Source: Acidimicrobiia bacterium (GTDB lineage: Bacteria > Actinomycetota > Acidimicrobiia > Spongiisociales > UBA11373). Taken from it: a stretch of 64,000 bases of DNA. The notes beneath the pieces were generated by a model. That model was not told where the DNA came from. It saw nothing but the letters and a program-made list of their open reading frames with translations, and made no database searches. How positions within the stretch are numbered: position 1 is the first letter of the stretch; every line of letters begins with the position of its first letter. Both the position numbers and the translations under genes were made by a program. The stretch lies in assembly GCA_040902765.1 (NCBI GenBank), contig JBBDWO010000030.1, positions 1,598-65,597 on the forward strand, read 5' to 3'. Positions 10,549 to 19,021 of this stretch are shown in pieces.

Positions 10549-11091
10549 ATGACCGACCTGTGGGCCCCCCTCGCTTCGCTGCCGTCGGTGGCGAGTCCGT
10601 CAGGGGTGCGGGCTGCCGTCCTCGTGCCGATCTATGAGGACGACGGGCGGTTGCGGGTCATCATGACGCAACGGCCTGAGGAAATGCGCAGCCATCCGGG
10701 CGATGTCGTGTTCCCCGGTGGGATGATCGAACCAGGTGACGCCGACCCGATCGCTTGCGCCATCAGGGAGGCTTCCGAGGAGGTGGGACTCCCGGCCCGC
10801 AACGTCATCGAGATCCTGGGCGGTCTCAGCCCGGTGAACACCCGGTCGGTGACGATGAAGATCGTCCCCGTGGTCGCCCGGGTGGAACGCCCCGCCGAAC
10901 TGGTGCCGCAGCCCGACGAAGTCGCCGCCATCTTCGAGCCGAGCATCGACGAGCTGCTCGACGACGATGCCTGGCGCACCACCGACTGGGGCGGTCGCAC
11001 CATGTGGTTCTACGAATTCCCCAACGCGGTGCTGTGGGGAGCCACCGCGTTCATGGTGCGAGACCTGTTGGAGTACTTCAGGAACGCGTAG
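10549..11091 (+). CDS. Nudix hydrolase (CoA pyrophosphatase-like)
   Basis: Nudix box GGMIEPGDADPIACAIREASEEVGL. The UPF0035/NudL-like context motif LVPI...DG.L.VIMTQR is present. I chose ATG 10549 because the ORF-table start at 10501 lies inside the 19-bp repeat. Confidence 0.65.
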   Translation: MTDLWAPLASLPSVASPSGVRAAVLVPIYEDDGRLRVIMTQRPEEMRSHPGDVVFPGGMIEPGDADPIACAIREASEEVGLPARNVIEILGGLSPVNTRSVTMKIVPVVARVERPAELVPQPDEVAAIFEPSIDELLDDDAWRTTDWGGRTMWFYEFPNAVLWGATAFMVRDLLEYFRNA

Positions 11092-11180
11092 TAACGCTCA
11101 ACGCAAGAGAAGACGCTCAACGCCTAACGCTCAACGCCAGATCTGGCGAGTCCTGCGTTGAGCGTTGAGCGTTGAGCGTC
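11092..11180. repeat. TCAACGC-family hairpin element with left units TAACGC, TCAACGC, ...ACGCTCAACGC, CTAACGC, TCAACGC, the loop AGATCTGGCGAGTCCT, and right units (GCGTTGA)x3
   Basis: Read from the sequence. It lies between the convergent Nudix and arsC 3' ends and starts at the Nudix TAG stop. Confidence 0.85.
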
Positions 11181-11186
11181 GGCCCC

Positions 11187-11594
11187 TTAACGGAGCGCGT
11201 CGAACTCCTTCAACAACGCTTTCACACGCTCTTTGATCTCATCCCTGAGCGGGCGGATGTCCTCGAGGGGTAGGCCCGAGGGGTCGTCCAGTTCCCAGTC
11301 GCGGTAGACGACGCCGGGGAAGTAGGGACACTCGTCTCCGCAGCCCATGGTGACCACGACGTCGGCGTCGCCGATGACGTCGTCGGTCCACTTCGCTGGC
11401 TTCGTCTCCGACATGTCGATGCCGACCTCGAGCATGGCGGCAACCGCACTGGGATTGACATGGGCGCCGGGATCGGACCCACCGGAGAACACCTCTACCC
11501 GGTCGCCGCCCAACTCCCGAGCGAACGCCGCAGCCATCTGCGATCGCCCTGCGTTGTGGACGCAAAGGAAGACGATGCGGGGCGTGGCGGTCAC
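11187..11594 (-). CDS. arsC: arsenate reductase / low-molecular-weight protein-tyrosine-phosphatase family (thioredoxin-coupled ArsC type)
   Basis: The CVHNAGRS P-loop (Cx5R), the downstream Cys pair GCGDECP and a length of 135 aa. Confidence 0.65.
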   Translation of the reverse strand: MTATPRIVFLCVHNAGRSQMAAAFARELGGDRVEVFSGGSDPGAHVNPSAVAAMLEVGIDMSETKPAKWTDDVIGDADVVVTMGCGDECPYFPGVVYRDWELDDPSGLPLEDIRPLRDEIKERVKALLKEFDALR

Positions 11595-11617
11595 AGGCGC
11601 GATTGTCCCACGCGCGA

Positions 11618-11680
11618 GAACGCTTAACGCTCAACGCTCAACGCTCAACGCAAGAGAGGGTGAGTCTGGCGTTGAGCGCT
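11618..11680. repeat. TCAACGC-family element with GAACGC, TTAACGC and (TCAACGC)x3, then AAGAGAGGGTGAGTCTGG, then GCGTTGAGCG. GGGTGAG...CTCACCC flanks the right arm.
   Basis: Read from the sequence. Confidence 0.85.
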
Positions 11681-11733
11681 CACCCCCTAAGCGTCTGCAA
11701 GGCAACGATGACCGTCTCACTAGGTTCTCCTTG

Positions 11734-12438
11734 CTACGCGCCCCACCACGCCACGAACAGCGGTGCCAGCGCGATGGCCGGCAGCATGTTCGCCACCCTG
11801 ACCTGCTTCAGGTCGAGGAGGCGCAGCGCAATGCCGAGCAGCAATATCCCGCCGGCCGTTGCCAGGGCATCGATCATCGGGTCGGTGAGGAGTCCGTCGA
11901 GCGCTCCTCCGGCGACGGCCAGGCCGCCCTGGACGACGGCGACGGTCATCGCCGCCAGTGCCACCCCCCACCCGTAGACGGCGGCAAAGGCGATCGAGGC
12001 GAATCCGTCGAGCGCCGCCTTCACCAGCAGCATCTCGTGATCTCCGAGCCCGTCGCGGATGGACCCGACGACGGTGAGCGGTCCCACGCAGAACACCAGA
12101 GAGGCGAGGACGAAGCCTTCGCTGAACCTCCGCTGGCCGCCTCCGGAGAGGTCTTCGGACGAGACTCGTGATTGGAGGAACCGGCCGAAGCGCTCCAATC
12201 CCTGTTCGATCCGCAGGCTCTCTCCCAGGAGCACACCGACGAGGACGGCGGCGATGACGAGCGGGAATTCGCCGGTGGCCATCGTCTCGCGAATCCCGAG
12301 TGCGGCGGTGATGAGGCCGAGCGTTGCCATCAGGGTGGTGCGGAACCGCTCGGGGAAGCGACTGCCGGCGACGGCTCCTATGGCACCCCCGACGAGCACG
12401 GTCACGACGTTCACCAGGGTGCCGATCGGGAGGCTCAT
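11734..12438 (-). CDS. DUF554-family integral membrane protein (YqgA-like)
   Basis: About 234 aa and polytopic hydrophobic. ATG 12438 overlaps the stop of the upstream gene (ATGA). The longer 414-aa ORF-table entry is a frame-read-through artefact. Confidence 0.45.
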   Translation of the reverse strand: MSLPIGTLVNVVTVLVGGAIGAVAGSRFPERFRTTLMATLGLITAALGIRETMATGEFPLVIAAVLVGVLLGESLRIEQGLERFGRFLQSRVSSEDLSGGGQRRFSEGFVLASLVFCVGPLTVVGSIRDGLGDHEMLLVKAALDGFASIAFAAVYGWGVALAAMTVAVVQGGLAVAGGALDGLLTDPMIDALATAGGILLLGIALRLLDLKQVRVANMLPAIALAPLFVAWWGA

Positions 12439-13517
12439 CGTCGTCCCTCCAGGGCTGCCGTCGCCTCGAAGCGCACCCGGAAGTCCTCGTCGACGGCGGC
12501 GAGGATCATGGTCTCCTCGCTCGGGCCGATGCCGAGGGCGGCGATCGCCTTTACCGCACGCCAGCGGGTCCACGCGTCGGTGTCGAAGACGGCTTCCTCG
12601 AAGAGGGGTCGGAACGCATCGTCCTCCCGGTCGGCTGCGGCATCCACGGCGGCTCGTCGCACCATCCGGGTCGGATCCCGGTAGCCGGTGACGATGGCCG
12701 CGGTGGCCACCGCCTCGTCCCCGGACAGCGCCAGGGTGACGACGGCTGCCCGGCGTCGCCTCGGCTCCGACGAGGCGAGCGCCTCGACCAGCGTCTGCTG
12801 TTGCGGCTGGTCGTCGGGGTCCATCAGGTGCAGATCCTCGGCGCGGATGGGCGTCGTGTGACGACGTCCCGCCTCCTCGAGCAGCTGTTCCCGGGTGCGA
12901 ACCGGGGGAGTGCCTGCGTCGCCGATCCAGAACAGCTCGGTGACCCGTTCGAGGACGTCGTCGAGTCGCTCCTCCCAATCGGCCGACGGGCGCAGCCCGA
13001 CGGTGACGAAGTCACCGGCCACCATCACGTCCGACACGTCCTCGTCGTCCATGAGGGCGCGGACCCGCTCGTCCTCGACGTCCTCGCCTCGGCGATGCCA
13101 GACACCCGGGGCGGGGGTCCCGCCGACGGTGAATTTGATCTTGCGGGGATGCGGCGTCTGCTCGGGTCGGACCGGCCCGGAGAACGCCCGTTGGAACAGG
13201 GTCGTCATGCTGGGTGGCTCCCCGGTCACGGCCAGGGTGTAGCGGCCGTCGCGGATCCCGTGCTCCAGCGTGAGGCCATGGCCGAGGTCGTGGACCCACC
13301 ATCCTTCGGAGAGGTGCGGAGTCACCAGGTTGCTGAGCCGCTCGGCGTCGTTCTCATCCCACGGAGCGTGTGAGAAGAACCGCTTGAGTGCTGACTTCAG
13401 CGCCACCACCCCCTCGAACGGCAGCTGGACGGCCACCGTCTCCGTGAGGTGCGCCGATGCGGCGGCGACCAATTCCAGTTCGGCGACGGCGGCGCGGGGC
13501 TCGGTTCCGGCGGACAC
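12435..13517 (-). CDS. virulence-factor/Nfu_N-like domain protein with C-terminal HEAT-like repeats (CvfC-like)
   Basis: The N-terminal ...ALKRFFSHAPWDENDAERL...KIKFTV region resembles Nfu_N / virulence-factor domains. The C-terminal AAVDAA...WRAVKAIAALG... resembles PBS-lyase HEAT repeats. This rests on my recall of these families and no search was run. Confidence 0.35.
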   Translation of the reverse strand: MSAGTEPRAAVAELELVAAASAHLTETVAVQLPFEGVVALKSALKRFFSHAPWDENDAERLSNLVTPHLSEGWWVHDLGHGLTLEHGIRDGRYTLAVTGEPPSMTTLFQRAFSGPVRPEQTPHPRKIKFTVGGTPAPGVWHRRGEDVEDERVRALMDDEDVSDVMVAGDFVTVGLRPSADWEERLDDVLERVTELFWIGDAGTPPVRTREQLLEEAGRRHTTPIRAEDLHLMDPDDQPQQQTLVEALASSEPRRRRAAVVTLALSGDEAVATAAIVTGYRDPTRMVRRAAVDAAADREDDAFRPLFEEAVFDTDAWTRWRAVKAIAALGIGPSEETMILAAVDEDFRVRFEATAALEGRR

Positions 13518-13584
13518 TCGGGCATGTTGGCACGATCACGGATGGCAGTCGGCCGCGAAGCGGCCGGTCTACCCTGCGGCCCTC

Positions 13585-14559
13585 ATGGAACGCAAGACCG
13601 CTTTTTCCGGCCTGCAGCCCACGGGCAACATCCACGTGGGCAACTACCTGGGTGCCCTGCGCAACTGGGTGCGGCTTCAGGAGGAGTACGACTGCATCTA
13701 TTGCATCGTCGATCTTCACGCCATCACACAGGACTACGACACCGGCGCATTCGCCAAGGAGCGCCAGGGGGCCGCCAAGGTCCTGATCGCCTGTGGCGTC
13801 GACCCCGAGAGGTCGCTGTTCTACTACCAGAGCCAGGTGCCCCAGCACACCGAGCTGGCGTGGATCCTCGGCACGATCACCGGAACCGGTCAGCTCGCTC
13901 GCATGACCCAGTACAAGGACAAGGCCGACGACTCGGGCTCCAATCTTGGCCTGTTTGCCTACCCGGTCCTCATGGCCGCCGACATCCTCCTCTACAGGGC
14001 GCACGCGGTGCCGGTCGGAGAGGATCAGAAGCAGCACCTGGAGTTGACCCGCGACCTCGCCGAGCGCTTCAACCATCGCTTTGGTGACGAGTTCCCGATC
14101 CCCGAGCCGATCATCCCCGAGGTCGGGGCTCGGATCATGTCGCTCCAGGATCCCACCCAGAAGATGTCGAAGTCGGACCCGGACGAGTCGAGCCGCATCC
14201 TCGTGCTCGACAGCCCGGACGAGGTCCGCGCCAAGCTGAAGCGGGCCGTCACCGACTCGGAGACCGAGGTCCGGTTGGACTGGGAGAACAAGCCCGGCGT
14301 GTCCAATCTGCTCGAGATCATGTCGCTGTTCACCGGCAGGCCGATCGCCGACCTCGAGACCGAGTTCGGGAGGGGCGGATACGGCAAGTTCAAGGAGGCG
14401 GTTGCCGAGGCGGTGATCGACGGGCTGGCGCCGATTCGCGCTCGACACCGGGAACTCGCCGACGCCGACGTCGATCGGATCATGCAGCGCGGTGCTCTTG
14501 ACGCTCGCACCCGAGCCGAAGGCTTCCAACAGCGGGTGCGCAAGCTCGTCGGCCTCTGA
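13585..14559 (+). CDS. trpS: tryptophan--tRNA ligase
   Basis: The class I signatures FSGLQPTGNIHVGNYLGA (HIGH) and KMSKS. I chose ATG 13585. The ORF-table start at 13270 adds a non-homologous leader that overlaps the divergent gene. Confidence 0.9.
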   Translation: MERKTAFSGLQPTGNIHVGNYLGALRNWVRLQEEYDCIYCIVDLHAITQDYDTGAFAKERQGAAKVLIACGVDPERSLFYYQSQVPQHTELAWILGTITGTGQLARMTQYKDKADDSGSNLGLFAYPVLMAADILLYRAHAVPVGEDQKQHLELTRDLAERFNHRFGDEFPIPEPIIPEVGARIMSLQDPTQKMSKSDPDESSRILVLDSPDEVRAKLKRAVTDSETEVRLDWENKPGVSNLLEIMSLFTGRPIADLETEFGRGGYGKFKEAVAEAVIDGLAPIRARHRELADADVDRIMQRGALDARTRAEGFQQRVRKLVGL

Positions 14560-14677
14560 CCGGTAACCAGCCTCCAGACACCGGCGGCGGTAGTGCGGGT
14601 TCTGGAGCGCCAGGGCACGGTCTGCAGGAGGCACACATCGCCGGCGTCACTACATTCCCTGGAGAAGGCGAGGTGCC

Positions 14678-16141
14678 ATGGTGGATTGGCGAGACGAGGA
14701 TCCCGGTCTCCCGATCAAGCTCGGCCCCGTCTCCAACGGCGAGTTCCTACCGGAGCCGCTCTCACCGACCGTCACCGAGGCTCTGCGCGCGGCGCGGGCG
14801 CAGTGTGATCGGGCTGCCGACAGGCTCAGCATCGACCGTCGCGAGTTTCTCAAGATGGCAGCTGCTTCCGCGATCACCCTCTACTTCCTCGACCGTTTCA
14901 CGTCCAGAGCCGAGGCGCATCCGGGCGGTCGCTTCGTCATACCCCGGGATGCCCTCTGGGAGCCTGCGGCTGCTGAGGTCCGGCTCTCCGGTGACGAATT
15001 CATCATGGACGTGCAGGGCCACCTGTTGGAGTACGACCTGAATCCGGCGACCAGGGGCCGCCGCTTTTGGGGAAGCCAGTTTCCACAGGTGAACTGTGGG
15101 GACGACGACCCCAGGGCCTGTTTCTCGATGACGCACTTCATGGAGGAGATGTTCCTGCGGTCCGACACGTCGATGGCGGTGGTGTCCGCCTTGCCCATCC
15201 ACCCGGAAGGGAGCCCGCTGCCGATCGAGGTGATGGACGAGACCCGCCGGGTCGCCCTCGGGCTCAGCCGTGACGACCGGATCCTGCTCCATGCCCAGGC
15301 ACTACCCCAGGTGGGCAACATCGACGCGACGCTCGAGGAGATGGAGGCGACGGCCGCTCGATATCCGGTCGCCGGCTGGAAGACCTTCACTCACTTTCGT
15401 GATCCGCAGACCGGCAACCGGTTCTGGCTCGACGACCACGAGTCCGGGATGCCGTTCGTCGGGCGATCCTTCATCGAGAAGTCGCTGGAGTTGGGGATCA
15501 ACATCATCTGTGTCCACAAGGGCTTGTCGGGTGGAGACCGCTACGCCTCGCCGGTGGACATCGGTGCCGTCGCTCGCGACTACCCGGACATGAACTTCGT
15601 CGTCTACCACTGCGGGTTCGAGGTGTCGGTCTCAGAGGGCCCGTATACCGAGTCGACGCGTGATGTGGGGGTCAACCGGTTCATCTCCTCGCTCGTCGAC
15701 AACGGGATCGGGCCGGGTAGCAACGTGTATGGCGAGTTGGGCTCGACCTGGTGGTACCTGATGCGGACCCCGACGCAGGCCGCGCACGTTCTCGGGAAGC
15801 TGCTCACCTACCTGGGCGAGGACCGAATCCTTTGGGGCACCGACTCGATCTTCTATGGCTCGCCCCAGGATCAGATCGAGGCGATGCGGGCTTTCGAGAT
15901 CACGCCGTCCTTCCGCGATCGGTACGAGTACCCGAAGCTGACGCCCTACGTGAAACGCAAGATCTTCGGTCTCAGTGCCGCTGATCTGTATGGGGTCGAG
16001 CCGGAGCGCCGGTGGTGGTCGTTCGACCGAGATGACATTCGCGACCTGCGGCGGACCTTCCCCGACGGGAACAAGCCATGGGGGCCAGCGACCATCGAGG
16101 AATTCCGGCGCTTTCACGAGTATCACCAGGGGTGGGCCTAA
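14678..16141 (+). CDS. amidohydrolase-2 (TIM-barrel metal-dependent hydrolase) family protein with a twin-arginine signal peptide
   Basis: DRREFLKMAAASAITLY is a Tat motif. Amidohydrolase-like H/D motifs are present (VHKG..., HCGF, WGTDS). GGAGAAGG lies upstream of ATG 14678. Confidence 0.55.
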   Translation: MVDWRDEDPGLPIKLGPVSNGEFLPEPLSPTVTEALRAARAQCDRAADRLSIDRREFLKMAAASAITLYFLDRFTSRAEAHPGGRFVIPRDALWEPAAAEVRLSGDEFIMDVQGHLLEYDLNPATRGRRFWGSQFPQVNCGDDDPRACFSMTHFMEEMFLRSDTSMAVVSALPIHPEGSPLPIEVMDETRRVALGLSRDDRILLHAQALPQVGNIDATLEEMEATAARYPVAGWKTFTHFRDPQTGNRFWLDDHESGMPFVGRSFIEKSLELGINIICVHKGLSGGDRYASPVDIGAVARDYPDMNFVVYHCGFEVSVSEGPYTESTRDVGVNRFISSLVDNGIGPGSNVYGELGSTWWYLMRTPTQAAHVLGKLLTYLGEDRILWGTDSIFYGSPQDQIEAMRAFEITPSFRDRYEYPKLTPYVKRKIFGLSAADLYGVEPERRWWSFDRDDIRDLRRTFPDGNKPWGPATIEEFRRFHEYHQGWA

Positions 16142-16213
16142 CGGCATGCCGTCGCTGGTCTCGTTCCTGGAGCCCAGGGCCTCGGGCCCGTGGCCCGGAG
16201 TAACCTCTGCGCC

Positions 16214-17371
16214 ATGGACGTCGAGATCGGGATCGGGAAGGTGGGTCGTCGGGCATGGGGCCTCGACGACATTGCCATCGTTCCCAGCCGCCGCACCCGG
16301 GACCCCGATGACGTCGACATCTCGTGGGAGGTGGACGCCTACACCTTCGACCTCCCGTTCTTGGGTTCGGCGATGGATTCGGCGATCAGCCCGGCGACCG
16401 CCGTGCAGATCGGTCGGCTCGGCGGTGTGGGGGTCCTCAACCTCGAAGGGTTGTGGACCCGGTACGCCGATCCCGAACCGCTCCTGGATGAGATCGCGGC
16501 GTTGCCCGCCGACAAGGCGACCCGCCGGATGCAGGAGATCTACCTGGAGCCGATCGATCCCGACCTGATCACCGAGCGCATCGCCGAGATGAAGAAGAGC
16601 GGCGTGGTCACCGCGGCAAGCCTCACGCCGCAGCGTGTCGCCGAGTACGCCCCGACGACGGTGAAAGCCGGGTTGGACCTGCTCGTCATCCAGGGAACCG
16701 TGGTGTCCGCGGAGCACGTGTCCACCCGCAGCGAGCCCCTCAACCTCAAGGAGTTCATCGCCGACTTCGACCTCCCTGTGATCGTGGGCGGCTGCGCCTC
16801 GTTCTCCACCGCCTTGCACCTGATGCGGACCGGGGCCGTGGGGGTTTTGGTGGGGGTGGGACCGGGGGCGGCGTGCACCACCCGTGGCGTCCTCGGCGTC
16901 GGGGTTCCACAGGCGACAGCCATCGCCGATGCCGCAGGAGCCAGGATTCGCTACCTCGATGAGACCGGTCGGTATGTCCATGTCATCGCCGACGGCGGTA
17001 TGCGCACCGGTGGGGACATCGCCAAGGCGATCGCCTGCGGAGCCGATGCGGTGATGCTGGGCTCGCCGATCGCTGCCGCCACCGAAGCCCCGGGGCGGGG
17101 TTTCCACTGGGGGATGGCGGCCTTCCATCCCACCCTGCCGAGAGGCACCCGCGTCGAGGTGGGCGACCTGGGCACCCTCGAGGAGATCCTGGTGGGGCCC
17201 GCCCACGAGAATGACGGCCGCCGGAACCTGTTCGGTGGGCTCAGGGTGTCGATGGCCACCACCGGCTATGCCGATCTCAAGGAGTTCCAGAAGGCCGAGG
17301 TGATGGTCGCCCCGGCCCTCCGGACCGAGGGGAAGAGCCTCCAGCGTGATCAGCGCGTCGGCATGGGTTGA
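16214..17371 (+). CDS. IMP dehydrogenase-family protein lacking CBS domains (GuaB3-like)
   Basis: An IMPDH/GMP-reductase barrel ([23 protein letters not shown]) with no CBS pair. It sits immediately upstream of guaA, as in the actinobacterial guaB2-guaB3-guaA order. Confidence 0.6.
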   Translation: MDVEIGIGKVGRRAWGLDDIAIVPSRRTRDPDDVDISWEVDAYTFDLPFLGSAMDSAISPATAVQIGRLGGVGVLNLEGLWTRYADPEPLLDEIAALPADKATRRMQEIYLEPIDPDLITERIAEMKKSGVVTAASLTPQRVAEYAPTTVKAGLDLLVIQGTVVSAEHVSTRSEPLNLKEFIADFDLPVIVGGCASFSTALHLMRTGAVGVLVGVGPGAACTTRGVLGVGVPQATAIADAAGARIRYLDETGRYVHVIADGGMRTGGDIAKAIACGADAVMLGSPIAAATEAPGRGFHWGMAAFHPTLPRGTRVEVGDLGTLEEILVGPAHENDGRRNLFGGLRVSMATTGYADLKEFQKAEVMVAPALRTEGKSLQRDQRVGMG

Positions 17372-18914
17372 CCGGTTCGTGCCGACCAGCCAACGGGTCC
17401 TCGTCGTCGACTTCGGTGCCCAATACGCCCAGCTGATCGCCCGACGCGTGCGCGAGGCCCGCGTCTTCTCGGAGATCGTCCCCCGGGAGGTGACGGCAGC
17501 TGAGGTGGAGGCGGCGGCACCGATCGCCATCATCCTGTCCGGCGGCCCTGCCTCGGTCTACGCCGACGATGCCTACCGGCTCGATCCCGGGATATTCGAC
17601 CTCGGCATCCCGGTCATGGGCATCTGTTACGGCCACCAGGTGATCGCCGACACCCTCGGCGGCACGGTGGAGCGCACCGACGCGGCCGAGTTCGGTCGAA
17701 CGCCGATCACCGTCGCCGACCGGACCGGGCTGTTCTCGGGGCTACCCGCCGCCCACGAGGTGTGGATGAGCCACCGGGACGCCGTGGTGAGACCCCCCGA
17801 CGGGTTTACCGTCACCGCGGCGACGCCGGGGTCTCCGGTAGCCGCCATGGAGTCTGTGGGCCGCCGGATCGTCGGTGTGCAGTTCCACCCCGAGGTGGCG
17901 CACAGCCCTCATGGTCAGGCGGTGCTGGAGCGCTTCCTCTACGACGTGTGCGGTGCGTCGCCGTCATGGACCGCGGAGTCGATCGTGGACCAGGCGGTGG
18001 CTCGGGTCGCCGCCCAGGTCGGCGACGCCGAGGTGATCTGTGCGCTTTCGGGCGGCGTCGACTCGGCTGTGGCCGCGGCGATCGTCCATCGCGCCGTCGG
18101 CGATCGTCTCACCTGTGTCTTCGTCGATCACGGTCTGTTGCGCGAGGGTGAGCGGGCACAGGTGGAGGCGGCCTTTCGTGCGGCGCTCGACGTGCCCCTG
18201 GAGGTGGTCGACGCGTCGGACCGCTTCATCGATGCGCTCGCCGGTGTCACCGACCCCGAGGAGAAGCGCCGCATCGTCGGGGAGGCCTTCATCAGGGTGT
18301 TCGAGGAGTTCGCGCGACGGCACCGCGGCGCTCGCTTCCTGGTCCAGGGCACGCTTTATCCCGATGTCATCGAGTCGGGGAGCCGGGATGCGGCCCGGAT
18401 CAAGAGCCACCACAACGTCGGGGGGCTGCCCGAGGACATGGACTTCGAGCTCGTGGAGCCGCTGCGTGACCTGTTCAAGGACGAGGTACGGGCCGCCGGC
18501 GAGGAGCTCGGCCTACCGGAGGCCATGGTGTGGCGGCAGCCCTTCCCGGGTCCCGGTCTCGCGGTGAGGATCATCGGCGAGGTGACCCGTGAGCGTCTCT
18601 CCATCCTGCGTGCTGCCGACGCAATCGTCACCGAGGAGATCCGCAAGGCGGGGCTGGAACGCGAGGTGTGGCAGGCGTTCGGGGTCCTTCCGGCGATTCG
18701 GTCCGTGGGCGTCCAGGGGGATACCAGGACCTACGCCCATCCGCTCATCCTGCGGGCGGTGTCCTCCGAGGACGCCATGACCGCAGACTGGGTGCGGCTG
18801 CCCTACGAGGTGCTGGAAGCGATCTCGTCGAGGGTGATCAACGAGGTAGACGGGATCAACCGGGTGGCCTACGACATCTCGTCGAAGCCGCCGGCGACGA
18901 TCGAGTGGGAATAG
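17346..18914 (+). CDS. guaA: GMP synthase (glutamine-hydrolysing)
   Basis: An N-terminal GATase domain ([17 protein letters not shown]) and a C-terminal ATP-PPase domain (SGGVDSAV), with a full-length 522-aa product. The start codon is uncertain and could be GTG 17346 or a later codon. Confidence 0.9.
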   Translation: MISASAWVDRFVPTSQRVLVVDFGAQYAQLIARRVREARVFSEIVPREVTAAEVEAAAPIAIILSGGPASVYADDAYRLDPGIFDLGIPVMGICYGHQVIADTLGGTVERTDAAEFGRTPITVADRTGLFSGLPAAHEVWMSHRDAVVRPPDGFTVTAATPGSPVAAMESVGRRIVGVQFHPEVAHSPHGQAVLERFLYDVCGASPSWTAESIVDQAVARVAAQVGDAEVICALSGGVDSAVAAAIVHRAVGDRLTCVFVDHGLLREGERAQVEAAFRAALDVPLEVVDASDRFIDALAGVTDPEEKRRIVGEAFIRVFEEFARRHRGARFLVQGTLYPDVIESGSRDAARIKSHHNVGGLPEDMDFELVEPLRDLFKDEVRAAGEELGLPEAMVWRQPFPGPGLAVRIIGEVTRERLSILRAADAIVTEEIRKAGLEREVWQAFGVLPAIRSVGVQGDTRTYAHPLILRAVSSEDAMTADWVRLPYEVLEAISSRVINEVDGINRVAYDISSKPPATIEWE

Positions 18915-18915
18915 G

Positions 18916-18946
18916 CGCGATACGCGAATCGCGAATCGCGAATTGC
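18916..18946. repeat. (CGCGAAT)x3.5 array starting 1 nt after the guaA TAG stop, followed by the GC palindrome GCCGCGGC
   Basis: Read from the sequence. Confidence 0.85.
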
Positions 18947-19021
18947 GGTGCCGCGGCGGCTTGTCTCAAGGCGCCGCGTGCCACGCCGATACCCTGACGA
19001 GTGGTAGTCCGAGGTAATCCC

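Noticed and set aside
15632-17533. 633-aa ORF on the minus strand
   Set aside because: It is entirely antisense to two well-supported + strand genes, the amidohydrolase and the guaB3-like gene. Its Arg/Gly/Ala-rich low-complexity translation is typical of out-of-frame reading of high-GC DNA, and it has no domain signature.
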